64,000 nucleotides of DNA from Octopus bimaculoides (lineage: Eukaryota): contig NC_068992.1 in NCBI RefSeq assembly GCF_001194135.2, forward strand, positions 15,648,118-15,712,117, written 5' to 3'. Position 1 is the first letter of the stretch; every line of letters starts with the position of its first letter. Under the pieces are notes generated by a model. It was not told the origin of the DNA. It did not search any database and was given only the letters and a program-made list of their open reading frames with translations. Shown here in pieces: positions 24,433-38,110 of the stretch. The position numbers and the translations under genes were made by a program.

Positions 24433-26496
24433 CTGAAATAAAGACAGTAAAAGTTTATGAGTTTTAAATAAAAGTTTCTAAAACTTTGTAATATTTTCTA
24501 ATATAATACTAATTATTTTGTCTAACAAAAACATAATTTAGAGTAGAAAATTGACAAGTCAAGTCCAGTGCTTTACTGTTTCTTTGTTTTATTGGTCCAT
24601 GACAAGACTTCAGATGAGAAACTAAAAGACCATAAACTTGTGTTTGTGTTTGTCCCCCACAAGCGCTTGACAACTGATGTTGGTTTGTTTACATCCCTGT
24701 AATTTACTGTTTCAGTAGAATACACCAATGGAAAAAGTACCTGACTTTTAAAAAAGAATAAGTGTTGTATTGATTTGTTTGACAAAAATTCCTTCATGGT
24801 AGTGCTCCAGCATGACCACAGTCCAATGACAGAAACAATTAAAAAAATAAAAGATGAAAGACAAGCGTGTCAATGGCCTCACAGGTAAGAGGTATTATTA
24901 CTTTGGTTTCGAAATAATGGTTGCTACTTTCAACCTTGTCTTGCACTAGAGTATTTTCCAGCACACAAATTTTTCAGAATAAAATTTACAGCCAAAAGAG
25001 TTTAAATCACCTCAAACAGAAAGACTGCTTTGTAGGACCAAACATTCCACAAACACAACAGAATTTGGAAAGATAATGATAATGTTTGAATATTTACTCT
25101 ATATGTTTGTACTATATACTTAATCAACTTGTTTGCCAGAAAATACAGTGTGTTCACATCCAGGAATAAAACATGAGAGAACAAACCAAATGAAATGTTG
25201 TGTAGGTGGAAATATTTTTAAAACTCTTATTTGCCAAAGATGAGGTTCATTCTCTGGAAAATTATAATCTCATTAACCATATTAAGACATATAAGATATT
25301 GACAGTTTGCCAAACATAAAATGTCTGCTGTGTCCAGCTTGTTATCTCGTTTCTTTCTATAAAGAAGTTTTTGCTTTGTTCCACTGTCATGATAACAGAG
25401 TTGATAAAAATATCACATGAAAGATATCATATTTGTCATGCAAATAGGAATTTTTCCAATAGACAACTTGACAGCTCAAAGACAGATTTTTGTGAGTCAA
25501 CATAAAAACAGAATGGGGAAAAACTATAATATCTTTTCCTAGTGTATTGGTCAACAACCTGATTAATCATAGAAGACAAAAAACACCAAGTTTGAGCCAT
25601 TTAGAAGTTGATAACTTTAGCTTTTGAACCATCAACAATTCATTCGATATAAAAATCGAAGTTTGCATGCTCAATATGATTTTAAAATTTCGTGGAAGTT
25701 GTGTCAACCAAAAGTTAGTTTCTAATTTTGGCACAAGGCTAGCAATTTTGGGGTGAGTGGTAGGCTGATTACATTGACCTCAGTGTACAACTGGTACTTT
25801 TTTTATCGACCCTGAAAAATGAAAAGCAAAATCGGCCTTGACAGAATTTGAACTGGCACCTTGAGCAAGTATCTTCTCTATAGCGTCAGTCTGACCAAAG
25901 CCTTGTAAGTAGATTTGGTAGATAGACTCTGCAAGAAGCCCATTGTATATGTGTGCGTGTGTGTGTGCGTGCAAGTGTACAATCATGCATGCATGTGTGC
26001 ATATGTCTCCAACGACTGCTTGACAATCAGTGTTGGTGTGTTCATGTCCCCATTAGTGATTCAGCAAAAGATACCGATACAATAAGTTCCAGGCTTAAAA
26101 AGTACTTCCACCCCTAAACTTTGTATTAACCAGTAACTTTAATCCTTCCTCCGCTGGAATCACAGTCCTCTGGTATTTTCTCCCAGCACATTTTCCCTAC
26201 AGCTATCAAATTGCAACTGTGCAAGAGGAACATTAATTGAGTTAATCTCATTAGTTTCAGGATTTCAGGAGGGTTTGAGAAAGTCATGAGCACAGCCCCA
26301 TCCACCATATTAATCCAATAAAAACAGACTGGCTTAGTTGTGACAAAATTTGTTAAATATAGTTATAGTTTAAACACTTCTATTGAGATTTAGGTTCGAA
26401 GAAGTGGACTTGGACACAACACTGCCGCTTAGCCAAATATTGGCTCCAATACTGAAATATTGAAATACATTGCCTACAATGATGCTTGTACCTGCT

Positions 26497-26588
<92 letters not shown>

Positions 26589-26929
26589 TGTGTGTGTGTG
26601 TGTTAAGTTTCAAGTTTTAATCACTAAGCTTTAGAGCTAAGAGTAAGCTTCAAATACAAGACAGAATTAGTAACAACAGGAAAGAAATCAACAATGCAGT
26701 ATCCAATATCTTAACACTCTTTCAAAATGCTTGACTGAAATCTTTAGATATAACAGCATAAAATAAATCTGTCTGCCATGAAATCTTACACATTTCTGTG
26801 GACATTTTCCTTAGGGGTTTAAGGATTTAGGTCTTGCAAAGTTGACATACAATATCAAAGATATGATGATACGCGGAGAAATTTGGCAGCTAAATTGCTA
26901 AATTAAATCACTCACAAATGAGACCCATT

Positions 26930-27660
26930 GTAAATTCAGTTTGCTCAATAATGCTATTGTAGTTGTTACAGATTTTGTTGTCAGTGGTGGTGAGTTCAGT
27001 GTTATTAATTCTGCAGTTTTTAATAACATGAAAGTTAATGGTGCTGCTAGTGTCTATGAAATACCCAAAGATAGAAAGAACACCGAGAATGAAACCAGAA
27101 ATAGAATATTTCAACAAGCAATCACATTGAATTTACTTAGCTAATGTGACAAAAACAAAAGATTCTTTGAAAACAGAACAAATTTAAATTGCTTAGTAAC
27201 TAGATGTGAGTTAAAGGTGTGAAGAGAAGTATTAAGAAACCATAGAAAAGTGAGATTTAACTAACCTACATAAACATGTGTAGAGAAAATAGGATATTAG
27301 TGAGAGATTAGGAGCAAACTAATTTAGTGATTAATCTATGGAAAATACTTAGAAAATATACAGGAGTAAAAGCATTGCTATAAGTATCATTTCAAGAGTG
27401 AACATGTAATATTTGTATACTGTTATCTTATGCTAAACTTCCAGATATGTTCTTTTCATGCAAAAAAAAACCCTGCTAAATTCTGCAGAAACACAGGTGA
27501 AATAAAATATATTAGATCAAGACAATAAGTAATCTACACTCTTCAAGATATTGATTAATGGTAATCAAAACTCTACACCAGTGAGTGATAAGCTTGCTGG
27601 TTTTTGATCATAAAATCAGGGACCTGCATATCCAATAGTTAGGTGATCTGAAGCAATGTC
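26930..27660 (+). mobile_element. Highly decayed R4/Dong-like pre-RT fragment
   Basis: Only scattered motif remnants remain (NNAIVVVTD; STPVSDKLAGF, resembling the KAPGPD..GFW motif), with many stops. Confidence 0.4.
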
Positions 27661-29806
27661 TTGAAATGTCTGAAACAAGTGTGCATTCATGAACATTAAG
27701 TTGGTAATAAAAATGTGTTCAGCCATTTAGCCATTTCGCTTTTACTCAACAAACCATATGTACCATATGTCTTTACGTTCAGAGTTCAAATTCCGCCGAG
27801 GTCGACTTTGCTTTTCATCCTTTCAGGGTCGATAATTTAAGTACCAGTTGCATACTGAGGTCGACTTAATCAGCAGGCCCCCTCCCCCAAAATTTTGGAC
27901 CTTGTACCTAGAGAAGAAAAGAATGTTCCATGCTACCACCAAAAGCACTACAGGCAGATGGTTCCCAACAAAATCAGTCATCTTACCTCAAATAAATAAT
28001 TAAACTACAGCACAAATGATGTGGTGTGTGTGTGTGTGTGTGTGTGAGTGCATGTGTGGGGGGTAGGGTGCATGTGTGTGTTAGCACGTGAACATGTGTG
28101 CGTGTATGTGCTCATGTGTGTGCGCATGCACAAGTGCAGTTGTCATGCTCTAACCAATTTCAAATTGTCCACCACTGCTATGGCCAACTTGAGAATACAA
28201 GAAAAAGCATCTACACGGTCAAGGAACCTGCTAGAAATAGCAGTAAAATCTACCACAGATCAGATACTACCATCTTTAAAAGGGAAAGACACTTTGGGCA
28301 ATGTAGTCCAGAGTACACACTGTCTGAGAAGAAAAATATAAAGACACAAGATGGTTATAGCTCACAGAGCTTTGATCACAGGGTCTGCTCAGCAGCCAAA
28401 GAGCAACAACAATAACAACAACAATTACAACAACAACAAAACAAAGGTGCAGAAATAAACTGGACAGTGGAGAAAGTACAACAGTGCATGTTGATATATC
28501 AGGAACAATGGATGGACATGATTTATCTAAAGACCTGTGTAGTGTCATGGATCTGCTCAGTCAAAGTTGATCTTGGGTTAAATAACAATGTGTTGAGGCA
28601 AATATTATTGTACCTTGGGAGGGTCATCTTGCCAATTAAAATAACATGCTGATTGTATTCCACTTCTTTTATTATTACTACTTGACTAGTTAACTAATCG
28701 ATTGTTCTATCAATCATTCAGTTTGTAACTGTGATTTATAAGGTCACAAACCATGACAAAAAGGACTCTGACAAACCAAAGGGTTCATAGATCAAACAGT
28801 TGGTCAAGCAATCAATTAGTGAATTTGTAACCGGCTATTTTACAGATAGTGGAGGCACGTGGCTTAGTGGTTAGGGTGTCAGCATCATGATCATGAGATT
28901 GAGGTTTCAATTCCTGGACTAGGTGACGCATTGTGTTCTTGAGCAAAACACTTCATTTCACGTTGCTCCAGTCCACTCAGCTGGCAAAAATGAGTAACGC
29001 TGCAATGGACTGACTGGGGAACACATACACTATTGAAACCGGGAAACCGGGCCCATGAGCCTGGCTAGGTTTTAAAAGGGCGCATTTATTTTATTTTTAT
29101 TATTTTACAGACGATAATAAAAGCATAATATAACCAGTGTGTGTGTTTTTATTGGTAAAATGAACCAACCAAAGTTCAACAACTATAAACAATAGGTTTA
29201 TATGTTTCAGGCAGTTACATATTTAAACCAACACATCACCTCTTCTGTACATTTTAATCAGCAACACTGACGCTTATTCAATTTCTAAACTTATTTACTC
29301 TAAGGATTACAATTTCACAAACTTCAATATTCTTCTTTTGCATTTTAAGCATGTAACCACAATGACCTTATATAATGTTCATATATTTATAGCTGAATAA
29401 CACTCTATAATCAATATATGCAATACAACAAAATGAAATATAAATAGTTTGACTGCATCTCGGAAAAAAAAAATGTATATTTTATTGCTAACAAAATAAT
29501 TTTTTAAAAACTAACATTTCAACACCTTTGTAATAATAATCCCAAATGAGAATAATTCTTCTTTTAGTTTCTTATAAAAGAAACTTCAGTACTTAAATAA
29601 AGTGCTTCATAGTAATAAATTCCAAAATCTATTCCCTGTAGGTGCTATTCTCCAAACAACTGAGCACACACAGTTGATAGCTGTTGGAATTTAATCAAAA
29701 TTTTTAAAATCAAACAACAACAAACACTTCTTTAATTAAAATTGCTTCTCACAGTTCTGTCCACATTCTAGCAACTGGTTTTCTTTTGAGTTAATTCTAT
29801 TAATTC

Positions 29807-29807
<1 letters not shown>

Positions 29808-29859
<52 letters not shown>

Positions 29860-29890
29860 GTATTATCATTATTATTATTATTATTATTAC

Positions 29891-29923
<33 letters not shown>

Positions 29924-29946
29924 NNNNNNNNNNTCATTATTATTAC

Positions 29947-30015
<69 letters not shown>

Positions 30016-30031
30016 CATTATTATTATTATT
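29808..30031. repeat. (ATT)n/(TAA)n array, containing a 10-N gap
   Basis: Read directly; it abuts the R4 3' end. Confidence 0.95.
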
Positions 30032-30700
30032 CAGTAGTCTCATTTTCATCATGTGCTTCCACTGCAATACCAAGCACAGTTCTGTGTGCATTGGATATGT
30101 GCAGTGGTTTGTTTTGCTGTTGTTATTTTCGCTGTATTGAAAGTGCTTCATATAGGATGTGTGCGGTGCCTTGTAGTGCAATTTTCTGTATGTAAGTCCT
30201 GGTGTTTTGTTATATATTTGTCTGTATGCTTTTTAATCATACATAATGCAGCTATTATTACAGGGATTGATCCTGCTTTTAAGCTCCACATTATCTTTAT
30301 TTTCCAGAGCCTTGTATTTTGAGAGTTTCTCCATTTCTTTTAGAGATACATTGTCATCTGTTGGGATTGATACGTTGATTAGAGGGCTTTTTTTACTTTT
30401 TTTTTGGTGGTCTCAGACAACTATATCCAGTCTATTAGCCTTGATCTCACTAACTGTGTGTATTGACATATCCTTGAGTATGGTTGCTTTATCATTTTCT
30501 GAGACCTTTTCTGAGGCATGCCTAAACAATCTTTTTTCTGTTGTCATATCATAGTGCTGACATAGCTTCCAGTCTATATAGGTTACAACTTTGTCATCAC
30601 GTCTGTGGATATATTCCTTCTTAGCTCGGACTGGGCAGCCAGGGACAATATATTTATTGTTTCTACCCCATCACCACATATTTTGCAGCAGTTATTATTA
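30032..30700 (-). mobile_element. R4/Dong-clade non-LTR retrotransposon 3' end (CCHC knuckle, restriction-like endonuclease, 3' UTR)
   Basis: The translation reads CKICGDGVETI..IVPGCPV.AKKEYIHR.DDKV..YIDWKLCQHY...KANRLDIVV...VSIPTDDNVSLKEMEKLSKYK...IQKIALQGTAHIL. It ends directly in a (TAA)n array. Confidence 0.9.
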
Positions 30701-30702
30701 TC

Positions 30703-31028
30703 GTATGGTCATGTGATGCATATGGGCAAGGACAGCTGTGCAAAGAAGTGCTGATCTCTAACTGTGGAGGGAAGCTGTAGTAGAGATAGACCCAGGATGA
30801 TATGGGATGAGGTGGTGAAGCATGATCTTCAAACTTTGGGCCTCACAGAGGCAATGACTAGTGACCGAGACCTTTGGTGATATGCTGTGCTTGAGAAGAC
30901 CCATCAAGCCAAGTGAAATCAAAATCATGTGACTATAGAAATCAGACTGGAGTTTGATGCAGCATTCTAGCTTACCAGCCCTGGTCAAACCATCCAGCCC
31001 AATGGACACTAAATGATGATGATGATGG
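30703..31028 (+). mobile_element. RTE-clade LINE 3' end
   Basis: It reads YGHVMHMGKDSCAKKC*SLTVEGSCSRDRPRMIWDEVVKHDLQTLGLTEAMTSDRDLW*YAVLEKTHQAK*, followed by a (GAT)n tail. Confidence 0.85.
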
Positions 31029-31247
31029 TTATTATTGATGGGGTAAGCCGGCAGAATTGATAGCATGCCAGGCAAAATGCTTAGCGATATTTCATCTGTT
31101 GCTATGTTCCGAGTTCAAATTCTGCCGAGGTTGACTGCCCTTTATCCTTTCAGTGTTGATAAAATAAGTACCAATTGCGTATTGGGGTCGATGTAATCGA
31201 CTCATCCCTTCCTCCAAAACTGCTGCCCCTGTGGCAAAATTTGAAAC

Positions 31248-31292
<45 letters not shown>

Positions 31293-32397
31293 AATTAATT
31301 TTTACATCTAATAAGGATTGGATGTTTTTGATTAATGACGCTATTTTGAAATTTTATCTCAAAAGAATTCAAGTTCAGTCATTGATATTCCTCAATTGAT
31401 TTTTATGAGTACTGGATGGATATTAGAATAGGAAATGTCCTGTATCATTCTAGTTAACAAAATAGGAAAAATATGTTGATTAAACATGTACTAACTGAAT
31501 TATTAGATCATAGTTTCCTTTGAATTCCGTTTTTATTACAATATCAATCATTTGAGAATGAAGTATATTTTTTTTTCACTTGGTTTTAATAAGATTTTCC
31601 AAATTTCAATTCATTCAATTTTATCTGATACTGTCATCAGTTATTTTACCAATAAAATAAAAATGAAAACTAAATATAACAGAATAAAAACATAAATTTT
31701 AATTTTCTTGAATGAGATAATGTTAAATCTCTAATGAAAATCAGTCCCACTACACAGAATCTTAGCAAGAGTTTTCAAGTATAGTTCAGAGCAGACCAAT
31801 AACTGAAAAGAAGTGCTCATATGCATAAACATATGTAATGCTGTGTTGTTATAACCATTGATGTCATCGTCGTCATCATTTAATATATGTTTTGTACAGT
31901 TTTCCATGCTAGCATAGATTGAACACTTTAACATATACTGGCAAGTCGCATGACTGTGCCAAACTCCGGCATCAGCTTTGGCATGGTTTCTATCGCTAGA
32001 TAACCTTCCAAATGCCAGCTATTCTACCGTATGTACCAGGTGCTGGTTGTATGCCACGGCCACTGGCACTAGTGAAGTTGCAAAAGTAACTTGCAAAACA
32101 GAAGAAAGGAAAAAGGAAGAAAGTATATACATATTAGTCAGTACATCCAACCTAACTTGGATGTGTTGTTTATAATGTCATAGACTGATGTAAACGTTCT
32201 GAAAAATAAATTCAGGAAAACAACAAATTCTAAAAAGCATTGAAATTCAATTATTTGACGAAATTCCATCAGTTCACCATCAGATGGCACTACTGTATCA
32301 CATGATTTCACAGTATCATGGAGTAGCAACAGCTAGCCAAGCTACATATATACATATGTATATATATAATCATAAATATATAGGGATTAGCAGTAAC

Positions 32398-32451
32398 CTG
32401 CTTCTCCAACATACTGAGAATTCAGAAACAGCAGCCAAAGAACTACTGATT
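32398..32451 (-). CDS. Candidate 54-nt phase 1 to 1 exon (KSVVLWLLFLNSQYVGEA)
   Basis: It has ttttag| and CAG|gttac boundaries, is open in the required phase, and would leave a 73-nt intron to 32525. The acceptor is weak, the peptide is not coiled-coil-like, and it lies inside a duplicated arm. Confidence 0.15.
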
Positions 32452-32524
32452 CTAAAACTACAAATTTTTCTCTAATTGATAGCGATATTCATGGTACACA
32501 CAGGGTGAGAGATTTTAAACTCAC

Positions 32525-32573
32525 TGGCCGATAAATTTCTTAATGTCTGCCTCACGTGGTCTTGATGTTGCAT
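32525..32573 (-). CDS. Candidate start-codon exon of the SIX6OS1-like gene: MQHQDHVRQTLRNLSA+A (49 coding nt, phase 1)
   Basis: The ATG follows an in-frame stop, the donor A|gtgagt is strong, and an acceptor-like ctcatttcgatcttcag lies upstream (~32628). Phase 1 suits the downstream exons. There is no convincing sequence similarity, and the segment lies between perfect inverted duplicates. Confidence 0.3.
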
Positions 32574-32869
32574 GGTCAAAATTAACGTGAGTTATTTAGA
32601 CATTGGCAAATTTATTAAAATATTTGGCTGAAGATCGAAATGAGGTAATTTCATACCACTAATGGTGAAACGTCATACCAAATTAATTAAAGGCAGGTTT
32701 GTTTTTTACTCTTCTCTTTTGTCTTTTGTTCTGTGTGTACCATGAATATCGCTATCAATTAGAGAAAAATTTGTAGTTTTAGAATCAGTAGTTCTTTGGC
32801 TGCTGTTTCTGAATTCTCAGTATGTTGGAGAAGCAGGTTACTGCTAATCCCTATATATTTATGATTATA

Positions 32870-33006
32870 AATGGCTTTACCGAAAAGGTTTTTTCATACT
32901 GAACTACCCGGCAAAATTGTTAATTATTAATTTTATTACTAATTGACGATTCCCTGCCCTGTATATCTATATGTATATATATATATATATATACACACAG
33001 ACACAT

Positions 33007-33041
<35 letters not shown>

Positions 33042-33270
33042 AAGAAGTGATTTTTTAAATTCTCAAATGCAGGATAATGCTAATAATATAGCCTGAACAG
33101 GATAAACTACACCTATTTTGCAGAAAAAAGTGTTAGCGGCCAGCTATGAAACTCAAACTCACACCCCCGTGATTACACATCACGGTGCTCTGACCTTTAA
33201 GCTAAACTTCCCTCACCACAAATTCTTCCGCAAATTTAAGATATACAGAAATTTCGCTTTATGGGATGCT
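32870..33270. promoter_or_regulatory. CpG-enriched segment, possible promoter or non-coding first exon of the minus-strand gene
   Basis: Local CpG clustering (cccggc, agcggcc, cccgtg, ttccgc, ttcgc) against a CpG-poor background, plus a minus-strand donor-like TTTTCG|gtaaag at ~32880. Confidence 0.25.
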
Positions 33271-33422
33271 ATATATCTTAAATTTGCGGAAGAATTTGTG
33301 GTGAGGGAAGTTTAGCTTAAAGGTCAGAGCACCGTGATGTGTAATCACGGGGGTGTGAGTTTGAGTTTCATAGCTGGCCGCTAACACTTTTTTCTGCAAA
33401 ATAGGTGTAGTTTATCCTGTTC
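33095..33422. repeat. Perfect 151-nt inverted duplication with a 26-nt loop, ending at an N gap; probable fold-back artefact
   Basis: 33095-33245 is the exact reverse complement of 33272-33422, and the right arm stops at the first N. Confidence 0.9.
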
Positions 33423-34094
33423 NNNNNNNNNNNNNNNNNNNNNNNNNNNNNNNNNNNNNNNNNNNNNNNNNNNNNNNNNNNNNNNNNNNNNNNNNNNNNN
33501 NNNNNNNNNNNNNNNNNNNNNNNNNNNNNNNNNNNNNNNNNNNNNNNNNNNNNNNNNNNNNNNNNNNNNNNNNNNNNNNNNNNNNNNNNNNNNNNNNNNN
33601 NNNNNNNNNNNNNNNNNNNNNNNNNNNNNNNNNNNNNNNNNNNNNNNNNNNNNNNNNNNNNNNNNNNNNNNNNNNNNNNNNNNNNNNNNNNNNNNNNNNN
33701 NNNNNNNNNNNNNNNNNNNNNNNNNNNNNNNNNNNNNNNNNNNNNNNNNNNNNNNNNNNNNNNNNNNNNNNNNNNNNNNNNNNNNNNNNNNNNNNNNNNN
33801 NNNNNNNNNNNNNNNNNNNNNNNNNNNNNNNNNNNNNNNNNNNNNNNNNNNNNNNNNNNNNNNNNNNNNNNNNNNNNNNNNNNNNNNNNNNNNNNNNNNN
33901 NNNNNNNNNNNNNNNNNNNNNNNNNNNNNNNNNNNNNNNNNNNNNNNNNNNNNNNNNNNNNNNNNNNNNNNNNNNNNNNNNNNNNNNNNNNNNNNNNNNN
34001 NNNNNNNNNNNNNNNNNNNNNNNNNNNNNNNNNNNNNNNNNNNNNNNNNNNNNNNNNNNNNNNNNNNNNNNNNNNNNNNNNNNNNNNNNNNNNN
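33423..34094. other. Assembly gap. Others lie at 23584-23593, 29924-29933, 43559-43568, 55498-55507 and 58135-58695.
   Basis: Runs of N. Confidence 0.99.
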
Positions 34095-37000
34095 GGCGGC
34101 GGTGGTGGTGGTGGTGGTGATATAATATATAACTAAAATTCGCCCACCATATACTTAAACTGGATTTACTTATTACAACTAGCTTTTTTTTATTTTTCAC
34201 TTTTTACTTTAGTTTCCTTTTTTAATGGTCAAAAAGAAAGTATTCATTTTTGAAGTAAAGAAACATTATCATCACCATCATTGGTTTTGTATCCATTTAT
34301 TCCTTGCTAGCAAAAGCTGGGTGATTTTGAAATATAGTGTTCTTCCATGTGTATTGATAATGTATCCTACATTCCTTCAGACTGTGATGCAAAAAAAAAA
34401 AAAATTATCTTGCACATGTAAGATTTCAAAATACCATATTATCAATAATACAATATAATTTAAAAGAAAAAAAAAAAACCACTGCTAAAATAAGTATCTA
34501 TTTGTCCAATACCTAAGTGATTGATCACTCAGAATACATTACAGAACCTGAACAATCAATCACTAAGAAAACGCAGAGGACATCCACATTGTACTAAAAC
34601 CCTATAATACTCAATCCGTTTAAATTTATCTGGTATGTCAGAACAGTTTATACTAAACTATTCAGGCTTTCTTTCACAAAAGTGACATGCATAGACAAAA
34701 ATAATCCTGATATCTAAAGCAGACATTTTTATCCACTGTGGTAGGGGACCGCCCTCTCCCTTGTGTGCTGTCAGCTTTTCAGCTGGGAAAAATCTCAAGA
34801 TATTTAGAAAGCTTGAGGCTTCATTTTTTTTTTATATATATCACACCAATGCTTGTATATTTCCATGCAACAAAGTTCAATGACTAAAACCATCACCATT
34901 ACAAAATAATTTTAATACTTGTTTTCTTTTTTATATAATAATTCTTTTTTTTTTGCAAATTCATGGTGAGCTACAACACTTTTTGTGTCTTATACAGCAT
35001 GTTGCAGCTCAAAAAAAAAAATGTAGGATATCACTAATCGAAAAGAATAACCTTAGATTTTCTTAAAACTTTTGCTGGAATTTTGACAACTTGATACATA
35101 ACTCTCATGTGAAAAGTGAAAGAAGCAGCTTTGTGTGCAGTTTCGGATCTTAAACAGGATCTTCGACTTACCAGCTCCTGTCAAACCATCCAACCCATGC
35201 CAACATGGAAAAGAGACATTAAATGATGATGATGATGATGACTCCCACCTTACTGCTTCTTATCACCTCTTCCTCCCGGAGCCACTCCTATTTCTTTCAT
35301 CTTCACTCCTCCACCCCTGTTTACCATTTGCTGCAATTACTTCTACCCTTATCTCCAACCATGTCATGTTCATCTCAAGCTCTTACAAACTTACCCACAC
35401 ACCCTTCCTGATCCTATGTCCACACTTTCTCTTACCCTCACCTACCTCTACCTTGAAAGTTAGCTCAGAGACCTTGTCACTACCTTCTTTCTAGTTACAT
35501 GCACGAACCCATGTATGATGTAGGGATGCCATATAGCTCCTCTATAACAAGAAACCTGTGCCTGTCCTATCATGATTTAGCTTCATCCACCGCTCTATCT
35601 CTCTAGTTTACCCTTTCCCCACTAAGCCAAGGGAGCATTTTCTTGGTCTTGCTAGTTATTTAGCAGCCTCACTGGTGCAGGTTCCACAAAAAAAAGGACC
35701 CAAAATCTGTAAAGTGATTGGTATTAGGAAGGGCATCCACCTAAAGAGACCATACCAAAGCGGATACTGGACCACACCACAGTCCTCCATTTCATTGGCA
35801 CCCGTCAAACTGTCCAAAACATGCCAGCATGGAAGTCGGGCATTAAACGATGATGATGACGATGACAATGACGACGACGACGACGATGATGATGATGATG
35901 ATGATAACGATAACAACAATGATGAAGATGAAAATGATGATGATGATGATGATCTTCGCAATATTAAGTTAATGATTTTAAAAGCTGCAAAATCACAACT
36001 GTTAGAGATAAAATTCAAACTGCAGAATCACAACTATCTCAAATGAAATTCAGGTGTCAGCTTTACCTTGTTGAAAATTTGAAATCTAATTGCTGATCTC
36101 ATCTTGTGATAGTTAAAATACATGCAGCTATTCTAAACATATTTCTGAAATAATTTTACTACATCTTAAAGCAGAACCTAACAAAAGGCCACACATTTTA
36201 TCCTTAACTGAGTATTTCTTTCTTGTTTTACACACACTAACATACACACATCTAAATACACACACACAAATACACACATTTATATATTTACACATAAATA
36301 CATATTTTAATGCTTCAATTTGGCATAGCAATGCTAATAACCAGGACTTAGAATTCAACATACAAACGCTTCAGAATAAAACATCTGTTGAGTACAGAGC
36401 ATGATATGAAAATAAATAAATTACAAAGGAACAGGAAATTATGTAACAAACTTCATTAGCTTACATATAAGCTATAAGGTGATGCACAAGCATTTTTTAA
36501 GAGCCAGGTACTTATTCTATCAGTCTCTTTTTACTGAACAGCTAAGTTACAAGGGCATAAACAAACCAACACCAGTTGTCAAGCGGTGGTGGGAGACAAA
36601 CAAACACAAGGACACACACACACACATATATATACACAGGCTTCTTTCAGTTTCCATCTACCAAATCCACACACAAGCCTTTGCTTGGACTGAGGCTATA
36701 GTAGAAGACACTTGCCCAGGGTACCACACAGTGGGACTGAACACGGAACCACATGATTGGGAAGCAAACTTATTACCACACAGCCACCACGGCTACTCCT
36801 ATATTCATATTAGTTTACAAAAATTCAAGACAAACATTAATGGCATCAATTGCACCAGTAGAGAGGGCCCTGCAAAGGCCACAAGTCGTGCACCTTCCTT
36901 CAGACCTAGCAACTTAACAAAATGACCAACATGGAGAATAGATGCAATGCTAAGACAAGACATGGATGAAGACAAACTAAGCTCTGAACCACATGTAAAG

Positions 37001-37528
37001 CTATCTTCAAAGTTGAAAAGTTGCTCTATTTATTCTAACCCTGCTTTAATTCCAGATGTCAACAAATCAATACTAAACAGGTTAAGAAATTTCCAAGCTG
37101 TTTGTTTATCCAAAATTATTGTGTTATTTGGTTTTTGTTCAATAAAACAAGAACATTTTATTTCTTTCAGTATGTTGATGACTATCTTGGCAAGGAGAGA
37201 ATTAACTTCGTAATTGGAGTTCAAAAAGAGATAGGAATATTTCTTTCTGACTTTTGTCAGAGAACAGCATAACACTCGATAATTAACATATTTTCTTTCC
37301 GATGCAAAAGAAACAGATTAAAAAATTACTTCTCATGAAAGTACAGAATCTCAAATTTATCAGGGGAAAAATAGATGCTGTGCTGCTCAATATTTTCCCA
37401 AAGATCTTTGTTCCATAAGCAATAATGCCGCAAATCTAAATCTAAAGCAGAATTCGCACCTCACTGGTAATTCTGCATTCAATTTAGTACTGGAACTTAT
37501 AGGGCAGTACAATACCTATAATCTATGA

Positions 37529-37563
<35 letters not shown>

Positions 37564-38110
37564 ATGCATATACATGCATGCAAACACATGCATATATATG
37601 TATGTGCATGTGCATATTGCACGTGTGTATGCATGTGCATACATGTGCGCGTGCACTGAATATGCAAATGCAAAGCTACGCAATTCCTATTGTTGTACTA
37701 TAGAACTTGTTTGAACTGTTGTCTAATGGGAACGTCAAAATTCTGTTAATCTCAGTCAATCTCATTTAAGTAATTAATAATCAGAGTTTCTATGTGTAAA
37801 AACAAATTACCACCATACTCAACTGATGCTTGCAAATGTCAGAATTTCCACAGATATCTAAACCATATATCAATGTAAAAGAACAAAAATATATGAGAAA
37901 AATAAATGAATAATTAAATAAATAAATAAACTAATAGTTATTCTAAATTACTTTGAAACTACATATCGTAAATACAGAATGTTATTAGCATCAAGCTATT
38001 CAGTCTCCAAGTGATCAACATGTGCCTGAGACAGGGAGAGAGACACACACATGGAGAGAGAAAGAGAAACACAACCAGGCACAGAGACTCTGTCCATGTG
38101 TATGTAGGTG

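Larger units (their letters stand above)
32365..32869. repeat. Perfect 139-nt inverted duplication (32365-32503 and 32731-32869), probable assembly fold-back
   Basis: I found no mismatches between the arms, and the duplicated sequence is not a repeat seen elsewhere in the window. Confidence 0.85.

Noticed and set aside
33412-34200. Long ORFs of 239-279 aa here and at 57999-58838
   Set aside because: They consist almost entirely of X from N gaps.
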